From positions 1 through 32,808 of the forward strand of contig CAMNND010000001.1 of NCBI GenBank assembly GCA_946545035.1: a DNA stretch of 32,808 nucleotides. The letters are read 5' to 3'. Source of the DNA: an uncultured Clostridium sp. (GTDB lineage Bacteria; Bacillota; Clostridia; TANB77; CAG-508). The position numbers and the translations under genes were made by a program. This document shows, piece after piece, positions 6,214 to 17,014 of the stretch (the stretch's first letter is position 1; each line of letters begins with the position of its first letter). The notes beneath the pieces were generated by a model. The model was given only the letters and a program-made list of their open reading frames with translations, searched no databases and was not told where the DNA came from.

Positions 6214-6243
6214 TTGACAAATACTTAGTTAATGTGTTATAAT
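6214..6243 (+). promoter_or_regulatory. Consensus sigma-70 promoter with overlapping inverted repeat
   Basis: TTGACA-18 bp-TATAAT with TGn. ATTAACTAAG (6196-6205) and CTTAGTTAAT (6224-6233) flank the -35 box. Confidence 0.85.
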
Positions 6244-6282
6244 TTAAATGAAAGTTAAAAAACTTATTTAAGTAAAGGAGGT

Positions 6283-7383
6283 TTGTTAGTGGAATTAGAC
6301 TATTCTTTAACCACTCCTCAAGAACGAGTGGAATATGTTAAAGCTCTCTTAGCTGATAATCCTCCTCTTAATAATAGCACTCTAACCATTTTAGCAGACT
6401 ATATTTTATTTATTCGTGATCGTAATCAAACAAAAAAAGAACGTGAAGAAGAACATCCTATATTAACACCCAATAGAGAGTTTACTATTGACAAGAGGCA
6501 GGTATCTTATGAAGGTCTAGTTGATAAACTTGAAAATGGCGAAGATGGTCTATATAACATCATTCGCAACGATAAAACTCAAATTCTTGATCCAAAAGAT
6601 CCTATCTCAGAAGAAGATATAAAAAATATTCCTGGTATCAAAGAATGCATGGATGTAATTCTTTCTCTTAAAAAACAATTAGAAACAGCGTCTAAATACC
6701 GTCGTAAATCAATTAATCAAGCAATTATAGATACTTGAAAGCAAGCTTATATTATAAAGGGCAACTATTCTCAAGTTGGCCGCATTAAATCAACTTCTCA
6801 AATAAAAACTTTAGCTTCAATCGCTATTCCAGAAGAGATTTATTTTGACGATGATATGATACCTCATTCAGATAAACCTTTATCTCTTCTTAATCCAGAG
6901 CACGTATCTTTTCTTCTCTGCCATTATCAAGGATTAAAACAAGAATCCTGAGAAGATCTTCATTGCGATATGCGGTGACACCTTATTGATCTTGAAGATT
7001 TAACAGAAGAAGCTTTGCGGGAAAAGCATCCTATGCTTTGAGATATAGTAATTTGAAAAGTAGACGGTCTTACAAATGATGAAATACGAGAAAAAGTTCT
7101 TCAAAACTATGGAGAAGAACATTCAGAACAATATTACTCTTCTCTTTGACGCAAACGTATTCCTAAATTAATAGTAGAACAATTTCAAAAAAATTACGTA
7201 GAATGATATTTCACAGAAAAAGAATACGGTTATTGAAAAAAATGTAGTAAATGCGGCCAAATAAAATTAGGTCATCCTCTCTTCTTTGCAAAAAATACAA
7301 GTAAAGATGGTTGATATTCTCAATGTAAAGAGTGTAAAAATGCTTCACGACTAATAACAGTCAAGAAAAAATCAGAAAAATAA
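6283..7383 (+). CDS. Putative transcription regulator (sigma region-4-like HTH plus C-terminal CxxC..CxxC zinc finger), 366 aa, TGA=Trp
   Basis: SD AAAGGAGG and TTG start. The frame stays open through 9 TGA to TAA 7381-7383. Contains DIVIWKVDGLTNDEIREKV...HSEQYYSSLWRKRIPKLI and WKKCSKCG...GWYSQCKEC. Confidence 0.75.
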
Positions 7384-7401
7384 GAAAGAGGGTGTTTTTT
7401 C

Positions 7402-8679
7402 ATGGCTGGAGATTATAAAGTATGTAGTAAATGCGGCCGTTCATTAAAAGAAACAGAATTTTTTAAAATGAAAACTGGCAATCGTTGTGATCTTTGTAAA
7501 GATTGTCTTTGTCAATATATAGATAACCGCAAGCCAGAAACCTTTAGATGAATCTTAGAAATGTTTGATGTTCCTTATATTGAAAAAAAATGAACTCAAA
7601 TAACTAATGAACGTTATAAAAAGAATCCAGGTAAATTTGGTCCAAAATCAGTAATTGGTACTTATTTGCGGACAATGAATATGATGCAATATAGAGACTT
7701 TCATTATTCTGATTCCGATAATCCAGAAGATAATGCGGCCACCGCACCAGTAGCTAAAACAGAAATTGATGAAGAATATGAAGCAAATCTACTCCAACGT
7801 TTAGAAGCTGGAGAAATTACTCAAACTCAATATGATACCTTAACAAAAAAGAATGCAGTTAAATATGGCACTGATTTAGATGAAAATGGCTTTATCAAAG
7901 GATTAGAAACACTTCCTTTTCAACCAGAAGGAGCTCTTTCAATGCCCGAACCTGAGCCTGAACCTCCGCAAGAGCAGACGCCGCAATATCAATTTGATCC
8001 TACATATTGAACAGATCAATTAGATGATAAAGATATAGACTATTTAATGCTTAAATGAGGTACAGTTTACACTCCTGAACAATGAATTAAAATGGAAACA
8101 ACTTACAATAAATATGCTCAAGAATACGATCTTAATGTTGACCGAGAAGAAGTTCTTAAAAAAATGTGTAAAACTTCTCTTAAAATGGACGAATGCTTAG
8201 ATGCGGGTGATGTAACAGGTTATAAAAATTTAGCCGCAGTTTTTGACCAACTCCGCAAGTCAGGCAAATTTACAGAAGCTCAAAATAAAGATGATAAACA
8301 GCAAGTTCTTTCTTCTATTGGAGAATTAGTAGCACTTTGTGAGCAAGAAGGTGGCATTATTCCAGCCCTTCCTCAATACGACCCAGACCAATATCCGCAA
8401 GATAAAATAGATTTTACTCTTAAAGATCTTAAATCTTATACTTATTCTCTTGTTAGTAATGAACTAGGTCTTGGAGACTTAATTGAATCTTATATTGAAA
8501 AACTTGAAAAATCAGAAGAAGATTCAGTTGATCTTAACGCGGGGCTTGTTACATCTGCGGAAGAGGCTGCGGATGAAGAACTTACAGATGACGAAGCAGA
8601 AGAGTGGCAATATTTTCTTGAAAATGAAATTGAAGCAGAAGGTGAAATGCTTGCACGATTCTTGGATGGAGAAGTATAA
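7402..8679 (+). CDS. Zinc-finger protein directly upstream of terL, probable terminase small subunit (425 aa, TGA=Trp)
   Basis: ATG 7402 with N-terminal CSKC...CKDC. Five in-frame TGA join track ORFs 7666 and 8092. Its stop overlaps the terL start (TAATG). Confidence 0.65.
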
Positions 8680-10424
8680 TGGCTTTAAGAGATATTTTAC
8701 AAGCATCTAATAGACGAAAAGAATTAGATAGTGACGCGATTAAAGAGGAAATACACAATCATCTAGATCAATATAGAGAATTAATTGCTTATTGACGAGT
8801 ATATCCTGATAAATTAGTTGATTATTATTTGTCTCTTGGAAATCCTTATAATTTTAAATTTATTTTTTATCAAAGATTATTCTTGCGGGCGCTGTTCCGG
8901 CATAAATATGTCTATGCCACTTTCGTGCGAGCCTGGTCTAAATCATTTATGTCAGTTATGGCTCTAATGTTAAAAGCTATTCTCTATCCTGGAGCTAAAT
9001 TATTCACCGTTGCAGGCGGTAAGCAACAGTCTGCGGAAATCCTTTCAGGTAAAGTATTAGAAATTTGCAAATTAATTCCTGCAATAGAGAGAGAAATTAT
9101 TTGAGACACGCGCGGTACTCGAGCTCGAACAGCACAAACTAAAGATAGTGTTATTTATACTTTTAGAAATGGTTCAACACTAGAAAATATTGCGGCATCT
9201 GAAAAAACTCGTGGACGTCGTTTTAATAGTGGTCTTATGGAAGAATGTGTAGGTATTGATCAGGATATTCTTAATGAAGTTCTTATCCCTACTCTTAATG
9301 TTGACCGCATGGTTCAAGGTCAAACTGATTCAAACGAACAGTTAAATAAATCTCAGATTTTTGTAACTACTGCGGGCTACAAAAATACATACAGCTACGA
9401 AAAATTAATTGAGATTCTTTGTCGATCTGTTGTGCGGCCAAAGGATGCAATTGTTCTTGGTGGTAGCTGACGAGTTCCTGTTATTTTTGGACTTTTAGAT
9501 AAAAACTTTGTGCGGGACCTTAAAATGGATGGTACATTTAATGAAGATTCTTTTGAACGCGAGTATGAGTCTAAATGAACCGGTGATATTGAATCAGCTT
9601 TCTTTAGTTCAGATAGATTTGATAAACAGCGTAAAATTAACATGCCAGAATGAAAATATTCTAATAAAACATCAAAAGATGGATATTATATAATGGGTGT
9701 TGACGTTGGTAGATTTGGTTGTACTACTGAAGTAGTTATTATCAAAGTAACTCCAGGTGCGGGCGATATTCCGCGCAAACGTATTGTTAATATTTATTCT
9801 TTTGATGAAGAACACTTTGGTTTACAAGCACTTAAACTTAAACGACTATTTCAACAATATAAATGTCGTGTAGCTGTAATCGACGGTAATGGTTTAGGTG
9901 CGGGACTCGTAGACATGCTTACAATGGATACTATCGATCCTGACACAGGTGAAACACTATATAATTGAGGCGTAATGAACGACGAAGATAATAAATATCG
10001 CAATATGAAAACTGATGATACTATAACTGATGCGATGTATATTATGAAAGCTAATCAAGTATTAAATTCTGAAATGTACGCTTATTGTCAGTCAGAAATT
10101 AATTCAGGTAGAGTAAACTTTTTAGTAGACGAGTCTATTGCAAAAAATAAATTATTGTCTCAAGCACAAGGTAAAAAAATGAGCCAGTCTCAGCGTGCAG
10201 ATTATCTTATGCCTTTTGTACAAACGAGTATTTTAAAAGACCAAATGCTTAATCTTGTATACGAAAATGATGGTGCGCATATTATTTTAAAACAAGCTTC
10301 AAAAAAGATTAAAAAAGATAAGTTTTCTGCATTAATTTATGGTTTATATTATTGTAAATTACAAGAAGATAGTCGTTCAAAGAAACGTAAACGCGATATA
10401 TCAAAATTTATGTTTTTTAATTAA
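8679..10424 (+). CDS. terL: Terminase large subunit (581 aa, TGA=Trp)
   Basis: Walker A-like RAWSKS, Walker B RGRRFNSGLMEE, coupling motif VTTAG, FEREYESKW, nuclease GVDVGR and KDKFSALIY. Six TGA (8793, 9102, 9468, 9576, 9651, 9966) join four track fragments. Confidence 0.92.
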
Positions 10425-10507
10425 AAATTTGGGGTCAAAATTTATTAATAGGTATTCTGTAAAACCATATACAGTGAATAAGTAAGTTTTATTGAAAGAG
10501 GAATATT

Positions 10508-10864
10508 ATGATGAGTTCAGCAATGGAAGTTAAAATTCACAATATTTTAACTGATTATGATGTTCCTTTTGAAGAAGAATATGAATTTGATGATTTAATT
10601 GCATCAAGTGGTAGACACTTACGTTTCGATTTTGCCGTGTTTACAGAGGATGGTGAGCTAGATTTTTTAATTGAAGCTCAAGGGAAACAACATTATACCG
10701 CAGTAAATAAATTTGGTGGGTCTAAAGGTGTTGAACGGCAAAAATATAATGATATACAAAAACGAAAATATTGTTTAGACCATAATATTAAATTAATTTG
10801 CATTCCTTACTATGATGAATCGCGAATTAATTTTGATTATATTATGCGGGCGGCTGGATATTAA
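10508..10864 (+). CDS. Small PD-(D/E)XK / DUF559-Vsr-like endonuclease
   Basis: LRFDF...LIEAQGKQHY...NDIQKRKYC..HNIKLICIPY motif. Confidence 0.75.
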   Translation: MMSSAMEVKIHNILTDYDVPFEEEYEFDDLIASSGRHLRFDFAVFTEDGELDFLIEAQGKQHYTAVNKFGGSKGVERQKYNDIQKRKYCLDHNIKLICIPYYDESRINFDYIMRAAGY

Positions 10865-10877
10865 GGAGGTCGAGCAT

Positions 10878-12443
10878 TTGAGTGATACAAAAGATTTTCG
10901 TTTAATTGCTTCAAACGAAACTGCGCGTCCTTCTATAGACTTTAATAAAATGCGAATTGATCAAAAATTATTTAAAGATGATGTTACTTTAAATACGTCT
11001 ATTTTTGATAAACGTAATCGTCGTAAAGTTAGAAAAGAGGATGTTTATAGGGCTCTTGAACGACAAGATATAAAAGAACTTAGGGCAATTTCAAATTATT
11101 TTTTCCTTAGAAGTGGTATTTATTCACGATTATGTCGTTATATGGCTTATCTTTATCGATATGATTGAATGATAACACCTGTGCGTTATGATGATAAAAT
11201 TAAAGATGAAAAAGTTATTGAAGGTTGATTAAAATCAGTAGCTTATCTTGATAATTGTCGTTTAAAGAAAAATTTTGGTGAAATCGCATTAAAAGTTATC
11301 AAAAATGGTTGTTTTTATGGATATAAAATAGAGCAGAAAAATGCTTGCTATATCCAAGAATTGCCAATTGACTATTGCCGCAGTCGTTTTAAGTATAATA
11401 ATTTACCAATCGTAGAATTTAATGTTAAATTTTTTGATGATAAATTTTCTGACACAGAATACCGCATTAAAGTTTTAAAAATGTTTCCTAAAGAATTTCA
11501 GCAAGCTTATATTAAATATAAGCATAATACTTTAAAGAAAGATCATAATGGTGACACTCTTGGATGATTTGCTTTAGATGCGGGGGCTGCTTTTAAATTT
11601 AATCTTAATCATAGTGATATTCCTCTATTTTTATCAATTGTACCAAAATTAATTGATCTTGAGGATGCACAAGATTTAGATAAGAAGAAGATGGAACAAC
11701 AACTTATTCGTCTTATTATCCAAGAGATGCCAATTGATAAAAATGGTGATCTTATCTTTGATGTAGATGAAGCTCGAGAATTGCATAAAAATGCAGTTGG
11801 TATGCTGGGTGGTGCTATAGGAGTAGATGTTTTAACTACGTTTGCGGATGTACATGTAGAAGATCTTTCCGATAAAGGTAATATGTCTGCCGCGGACCAA
11901 TTAGATAAAGTTGAACGTACAGTTTATAATGAAGCTGGCGTTAGCCAAATGCAATTTAATACAAGTGGCAATTTAGCTCTTGAAAAATCTATTCTTAACG
12001 ATGAAGCCACTATGACAAATCTTCTTCTTCAATTTGAGGAATTTGCTGAAAGTTTATTACGAATTTTCAACAAAAATCCGAAGCGTCTAAAATATCAAGT
12101 ACAGATGCTTCCTACTACTATTTATAATTATAGAGATCTTTCCAAGCTTTATAAAGAGCAAACACAAATTGGATTTTCCAAATTATTACCTCAGATTGCT
12201 CTTGGAGAATCTCCAAGTACCGTACTTGCAACTGCGATATTTGAGAATCAAATGATGAAGCTTGATGAGATATTTACTCCTCCGCAAATGTCTTCTACCA
12301 TAAGCAAAACTCAACAGTCTGGTGGCGGGAATGGGAACAAGACTAGTAATGAACCATCAGCGGGTGAGCAAGGTGGCCGTCCAGAGCTACCTCAGGACGA
12401 AAAGTCCGATAAGACTATCGCAAATGAAGAATCACAGGGTTAA
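10878..12443 (+). CDS. Portal protein (521 aa, TGA=Trp)
   Basis: SD AAGGAGG with TTG start. Three in-frame TGA join fragments. Size, position after terL and the C-terminal GGRP motif are typical of portals. Confidence 0.8.
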
Positions 12444-12461
12444 TGAAGGGAGGTAAGATAG

Positions 12462-13850
12462 ATGGCATTAAAGAATAAATCCGAGGTAAATATGATTCAA
12501 GGCCCCGAGTTCATTAATCTTGAGCCTCTTGATGTTAACCCTTTGATGCAAAAATGCGAAATTAAAGTCTTTTATTTAGGTCACAATCGGAATGGCTCTT
12601 ATATTAACCGTGAAACCGCCTTAGAAATGTCTAAAACATTGCGGGGAACCCCAATTGTTGCGGCATTTAACAAAGATAAAGAAGATTTTGGCGATCATGG
12701 ACATGTAATGCATATTGAGGATGGAGAAGTTACTTTCTCTGTTAAGACCATTCCTTATGGCTTTGTTTCACCTGATGCAGAAGTTTGATTCCAAAACTTT
12801 ACAGATACAGATGAATTTGACAACAAAGTTGAACGTACCTATCTAATGACAACGGGTTATCTCTGGTCTGGTCAATTTGAAGAACTCACCAAGGTAATTA
12901 ATGAAGGACAGCCGCAATCAATGGAGCTAGATTCCAGCTCACTTCAAGGACATTGGGCGACTGATAATAATCTTGGTGTAGATTTCTTCATTATTAATGA
13001 CGCAACTTTCAGTAAGTTGTGCATTCTTGGGGACAATGTTGAGCCCTGCTATGAAGGAGCTTCTGTAACGTCTCCAGAGGTCAGTAAGAATTTCAGTAAA
13101 GATACTGATTTTCAACAGACCCTATTTAGCATGATGAACGACTTACAAACAGCTCTTAATAGTAAAGGAGGGTTGAACATGTCTGAAAATGAATTACTTA
13201 ATGAATCTGCGGAAAATGCTGAGACGCAGCTTGAGCTCGAGCATGCGCTAGAAACCCCTACAGACGAGACTGCTGATGAAGAGCTCACATCTGTAGAAGA
13301 AGAGTTCGTTGAAGCAAATTCTGCTGATGATACCGATACAGTTGCTGAAACTGTTGAGGAAACAGTTAATGATTTTGTTGAGAAAAAGGAAGAAGAAGAT
13401 GAATCTGACGACAAGGACGAAGACGAGTCTAATGAAGCTGATGATGAAGACGATGATGATAAAAAGAAGCCTAATAATCAGCATTCCTTAGAAGAATTTG
13501 AAGCTTTACAAGCAGAACTTGAATCTCTTCGCGCAGAGATTAAAGAACTTCGTGAGTTTAAGCTCAATGTAGAAAATCAACAGAAAGACGCTTTAATTGC
13601 ATCTTATCATATGCTTTCTGATGAAGATAAGGCTGAGGTTATTGCTCATAAGTCTGAATTTAGTCTTGATGAAATTAAAGCTAAATTAGCTGTTATTTAC
13701 GTTGAAAAGAACGTTAATTTCGACATGATTGACGGTCAAGAAGAGGTAGAGGATAATGATCCTGCTCCAGCAATGACTTTCTCTCTAGACGAAGAAGCAT
13801 CTGAGGGCGTTCCTGCTTTCATTGAAGCGCTTCGTCATACAGTTAAATAA
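12462..13850 (+). CDS. Prohead protease fused to acidic scaffold region (462 aa, TGA=Trp)
   Basis: One TGA (12786) joins two track ORFs. The N-terminal half has NRNGS...GTPIV...DFGDH...QSMEL...LCILG..VEPCYEGA; the C-terminal half is acidic coiled coil. Lies between portal and capsid genes. Confidence 0.75.
13179..13850 (+). CDS. Nested in-frame scaffolding protein (223 aa)
   Basis: Strong internal SD AAAGGAGG upstream of in-frame ATG 13179 (MSENELL...), located at the protease/acidic-domain boundary. Confidence 0.6.
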   Translation: MSENELLNESAENAETQLELEHALETPTDETADEELTSVEEEFVEANSADDTDTVAETVEETVNDFVEKKEEEDESDDKDEDESNEADDEDDDDKKKPNNQHSLEEFEALQAELESLRAEIKELREFKLNVENQQKDALIASYHMLSDEDKAEVIAHKSEFSLDEIKAKLAVIYVEKNVNFDMIDGQEEVEDNDPAPAMTFSLDEEASEGVPAFIEALRHTVK

Positions 13851-13867
13851 TTAAAGGAGGTTGTAAT

Positions 13868-14362
13868 ATGGCTATTACAATTAAGCGTGATGGTTATGGC
13901 CAAGTAGAGCCAAATCATCTCTCTGCTCCTCGTGATGGTCGCGTCTATGCGCAGCTTCCTGCCGCTGAGGATATTGAAGTCCTTGAGAACGGCATGTTCG
14001 TTAAATATGACTACGCCGCAGGTGAAGTCAATTTTGACGGCGACGGCGCTTGGATGCTCGTTTATAACGAGGAAAAGCTCTATGATGAGCGTCATCAGAT
14101 GCATAAAGATTGGGCTCAAAAAGTTGAGGATTCTTATGATGGTAAGATCTATCCTCGTGTTTTTGGTGTTGTAGCTGGTGACATTTTTACTACTAATACT
14201 TTTGCAAACAATACTGAACTTAAAGTTGGGGATGACGTCACTCCTGGTGCTGACGGCTTCTTAGCAGTTGGTTCTGAAGGCGATGTTGTATTCCGTGTTG
14301 TCAAAGAATATACTCTTCCTGATGGACAGCCTGCGGTTAAGTTACAGTGCATTAAGGCTTAA
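13868..14362 (+). CDS. Capsid-associated (head decoration-like) protein, 164 aa
   Basis: SD AAAGGAGG, position immediately before the MCP, high-expression codon bias, Trp only as TGG. Confidence 0.65.
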   Translation: MAITIKRDGYGQVEPNHLSAPRDGRVYAQLPAAEDIEVLENGMFVKYDYAAGEVNFDGDGAWMLVYNEEKLYDERHQMHKDWAQKVEDSYDGKIYPRVFGVVAGDIFTTNTFANNTELKVGDDVTPGADGFLAVGSEGDVVFRVVKEYTLPDGQPAVKLQCIKA

Positions 14363-14379
14363 TTGAGAGGAGGAATAAG

Positions 14380-15447
14380 ATGGAATATAATGATCTTCGT
14401 GAGTTAGCTCGTATCGCCGTTAAGGCTGATCCTACCGCTCCTACCGCTTATTCTTTCGGCAATGAGTCTTATACTCTTGACCAAGTTAATGCTGCTCTTG
14501 CCACTGAATTTCAAAAGCTAGCTGGTACTTATCGTGATTATCGTGAAAATAAGAATATCATCTTCCGTCTAATCGAAGAGACTATTGATGAGGTTCTTCC
14601 TGCACGCGTTGAGCAACAGTATGCTCAATTTGCAGAGGTTCGTAATGTTGCTCAGGGCGACAAAGCTATTTTCCGTATGCGTGTTACCGAAGCCGCACGT
14701 AAGCGTGCTAAGACTTTCGTTACTCGTGTTGGTCTAGCTGGTCGTTACGAAGTCTTCATGCTTGATGGTAAGAGTCTTGAGGTTGGAACTGCTGCTATTG
14801 GTGGAGCCGCTCGCATCGGCTTCGAGGAAATGCTCGATGGCCGCATTCAGTTCTCTGAGCTTACCAGTCTTGTAATGGAAGGTATGGACGAGTTCATTTA
14901 CCGTGAGATTGCTAAGGCTCTTGAAGCTGTCGTTCAGGGTCTTCCTCGTTATCAGCGTGCTGAAGTTGCAGGCTTTGACGAGGCTACCATGGACGAGCTT
15001 TTAGCTATTGCTGATACTTATGGCCGCGCTGCAATTTACTGCACATTTGAATTTGCGGCCAAGATGCTTCCACAACAGAATTGGGTTTCTGATGATATGA
15101 AGAATCGTCTTTGGGCAGATGGTTGGCTAGGCAATTATAAGGGTCATAACGTTATTATTCTTCCTCAGTCTGTTGTTGACGAGACTAATAAGGAGAAAGT
15201 AATTGATCCTGCTCAGGCTTATATTATGCCTATTGGACAAGACAATAAGCCTGTTAAGATTGTCTTTGAAGGACCTACCGCAGTTCGCACCGTTGAAGAT
15301 AATGATGACTGGAGCACCGATTTCCAGACTTACAAGAAGTTTGGCGTTGCTACCTTCTTCACCAACTTTATTTTTAGTTATCGTAATACCGATCTCGTTA
15401 AAGCGACTCGTACACATAATCTTCCTGCTGAAACTGTTAATCCTTAG
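14380..15447 (+). CDS. Major capsid protein (355 aa)
   Basis: SD GAGGAGG. Size and position fit, with strong codon bias (GCT/CGT/AAG) and a terminator downstream. All 4 Trp are TGG. Confidence 0.85.
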   Translation: MEYNDLRELARIAVKADPTAPTAYSFGNESYTLDQVNAALATEFQKLAGTYRDYRENKNIIFRLIEETIDEVLPARVEQQYAQFAEVRNVAQGDKAIFRMRVTEAARKRAKTFVTRVGLAGRYEVFMLDGKSLEVGTAAIGGAARIGFEEMLDGRIQFSELTSLVMEGMDEFIYREIAKALEAVVQGLPRYQRAEVAGFDEATMDELLAIADTYGRAAIYCTFEFAAKMLPQQNWVSDDMKNRLWADGWLGNYKGHNVIILPQSVVDETNKEKVIDPAQAYIMPIGQDNKPVKIVFEGPTAVRTVEDNDDWSTDFQTYKKFGVATFFTNFIFSYRNTDLVKATRTHNLPAETVNP

Positions 15448-15562
15448 ATAGAACCAGGCTCTGAAACCTCTGGAACTAACAATAGTACAAGTGGAAGACC
15501 CGATCCAGATAGCTTATTCTTAGATCCATAGGAATCAGCGTCTGAACATTAATTTAATTATA

Positions 15563-15596
15563 GGGAGAGGGACTTAAAACTCCCTCTCCTTTTTTT
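15563..15596 (+). terminator. Rho-independent terminator
   Basis: GGGAGAGGGA-loop-TCCCTCTCCT plus T run. Confidence 0.85.
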
Positions 15597-15621
15597 ATTA
15601 AAGAGATAAAAGGAGAAAATA

Positions 15622-16179
15622 ATGGGTATTGTTAATGATACAACTTTAGTACCTGTGCGCAATATGGTTAATCATCGAGTAGTTTATACAATTCCAGAAG
15701 AACACCGACGCGTAGTTTTTGAAGCATTTCAAGAGAGAAAAATTCCTGCAAAAGAACTTCGTGCTCTTAATTATACAGTTGGTGGAAGTATTTTATTAAA
15801 GAACTATCTTTGTGTTAAAAGTGCTGATATGCGCGCAGAATTTAATATACCAAGCGATCAAATTGAATACGATTGGACAGAAAAAGATATACAGCACGTT
15901 TTACTTAGTAATGACTCTCCTATTGAGCAATTAGAAGATGCTTTAGATTTTGCTCCACAAGGTATTCGAGAAATGATTGTTGATTATGCAGTTGAATGGA
16001 AAATTCCTGATTCAAATCGTAGAAAAGTAATTTCTAAGATGATGAATTTAAATATAGATGAAATGATTAAGTTTGCAGAAATGGTTGAAGAGAGTAATGA
16101 TACTGTTCCTCAAAATACTCATCGTCGTTTAAGTGATAAGCCTGCTACTAGTAGAACTGGACGACGTTTACAAAATTAG
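15622..16179 (+). CDS. Hypothetical virion-module protein (185 aa)
   Basis: SD AAAGGAG, intact ORF between the capsid and neck genes. Confidence 0.8.
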   Translation: MGIVNDTTLVPVRNMVNHRVVYTIPEEHRRVVFEAFQERKIPAKELRALNYTVGGSILLKNYLCVKSADMRAEFNIPSDQIEYDWTEKDIQHVLLSNDSPIEQLEDALDFAPQGIREMIVDYAVEWKIPDSNRRKVISKMMNLNIDEMIKFAEMVEESNDTVPQNTHRRLSDKPATSRTGRRLQN

Positions 16180-16199
16180 TAATTTAGAAAGGAGAGGCA

Positions 16200-16697
16200 A
16201 TGTCAGAAGAAACTCCTTTAAATACTTCTTTTGAAGAGATGTATGATTTCTTTCTTGCGGGGATTACAGACGATATGTTTATGGAAATGACAAAAGAAGA
16301 TACAGATGCATTATTAGAAGAAATTCTTTTGGCCGCATTACCTCATTTTGAATTTCCTAGAAAAAATATTTTTGATCTTGATTTAACAAATAAAACATTT
16401 GGTGATAAATTAACTCAAGAAGAAATGATGATAATTCGTCAATATATGATTAGTGAATGAATTGGCTATCAACTTGCTAATATTGATTTAGTTAAACAAA
16501 AGTATAGTGGTAGTGATTTTAAATTTACTTCACAGGCTAGTCATTTAAAACAGTTAGTTACGCTTAAAAAAGAATATGAAACTAAAGGTTTTCATTTACA
16601 ACGATTATATAATCGTCGCAAAAGATTGAAAACGGGAGGCTATGGCTCTACTTTTGCTAGGGTCATGGATATATCTGATAAACATTATTATGATTAG
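16200..16697 (+). CDS. Probable head-tail adaptor/connector (165 aa, TGA=Trp)
   Basis: Reads through TGA 16458 (ISEWIGYQL) to TAG 16695-16697, which overlaps the next start. Function inferred from position. Confidence 0.6.
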
Positions 16698-16998
16698 TGT
16701 TTATGATGTTGAGGTAGATAATGCAACAATTCGCCGCAATTTAAAACGTTTACAATCTCAAACTTTTAAATTACTTCCTATGCAAGAAGAAGGTGAAGAT
16801 TGTAAAAAACCTCTTGAAACTATTATTCTTGAACTTTTAGGGATGCAGGGACTTTTTTCTACTTTAGATCCTTTAGTAACTTTAATTTGTAAATTACAAG
16901 GATTAAAGGAAATTGATGGGGATGAAAATTTTATGCTTTATCGTCGCACTATTTTTGAATGTTGTGGACTATTAGATAAAGTAGCTGAATGTTTTTAA
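16690..16998 (+). CDS. Hypothetical protein (102 aa)
   Basis: ATG 16690 overlaps the upstream stop; TAA stop. Confidence 0.65.
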   Translation: MISVYDVEVDNATIRRNLKRLQSQTFKLLPMQEEGEDCKKPLETIILELLGMQGLFSTLDPLVTLICKLQGLKEIDGDENFMLYRRTIFECCGLLDKVAECF

Positions 16999-17014
16999 AG
17001 AAAGGAGCGGCCAA

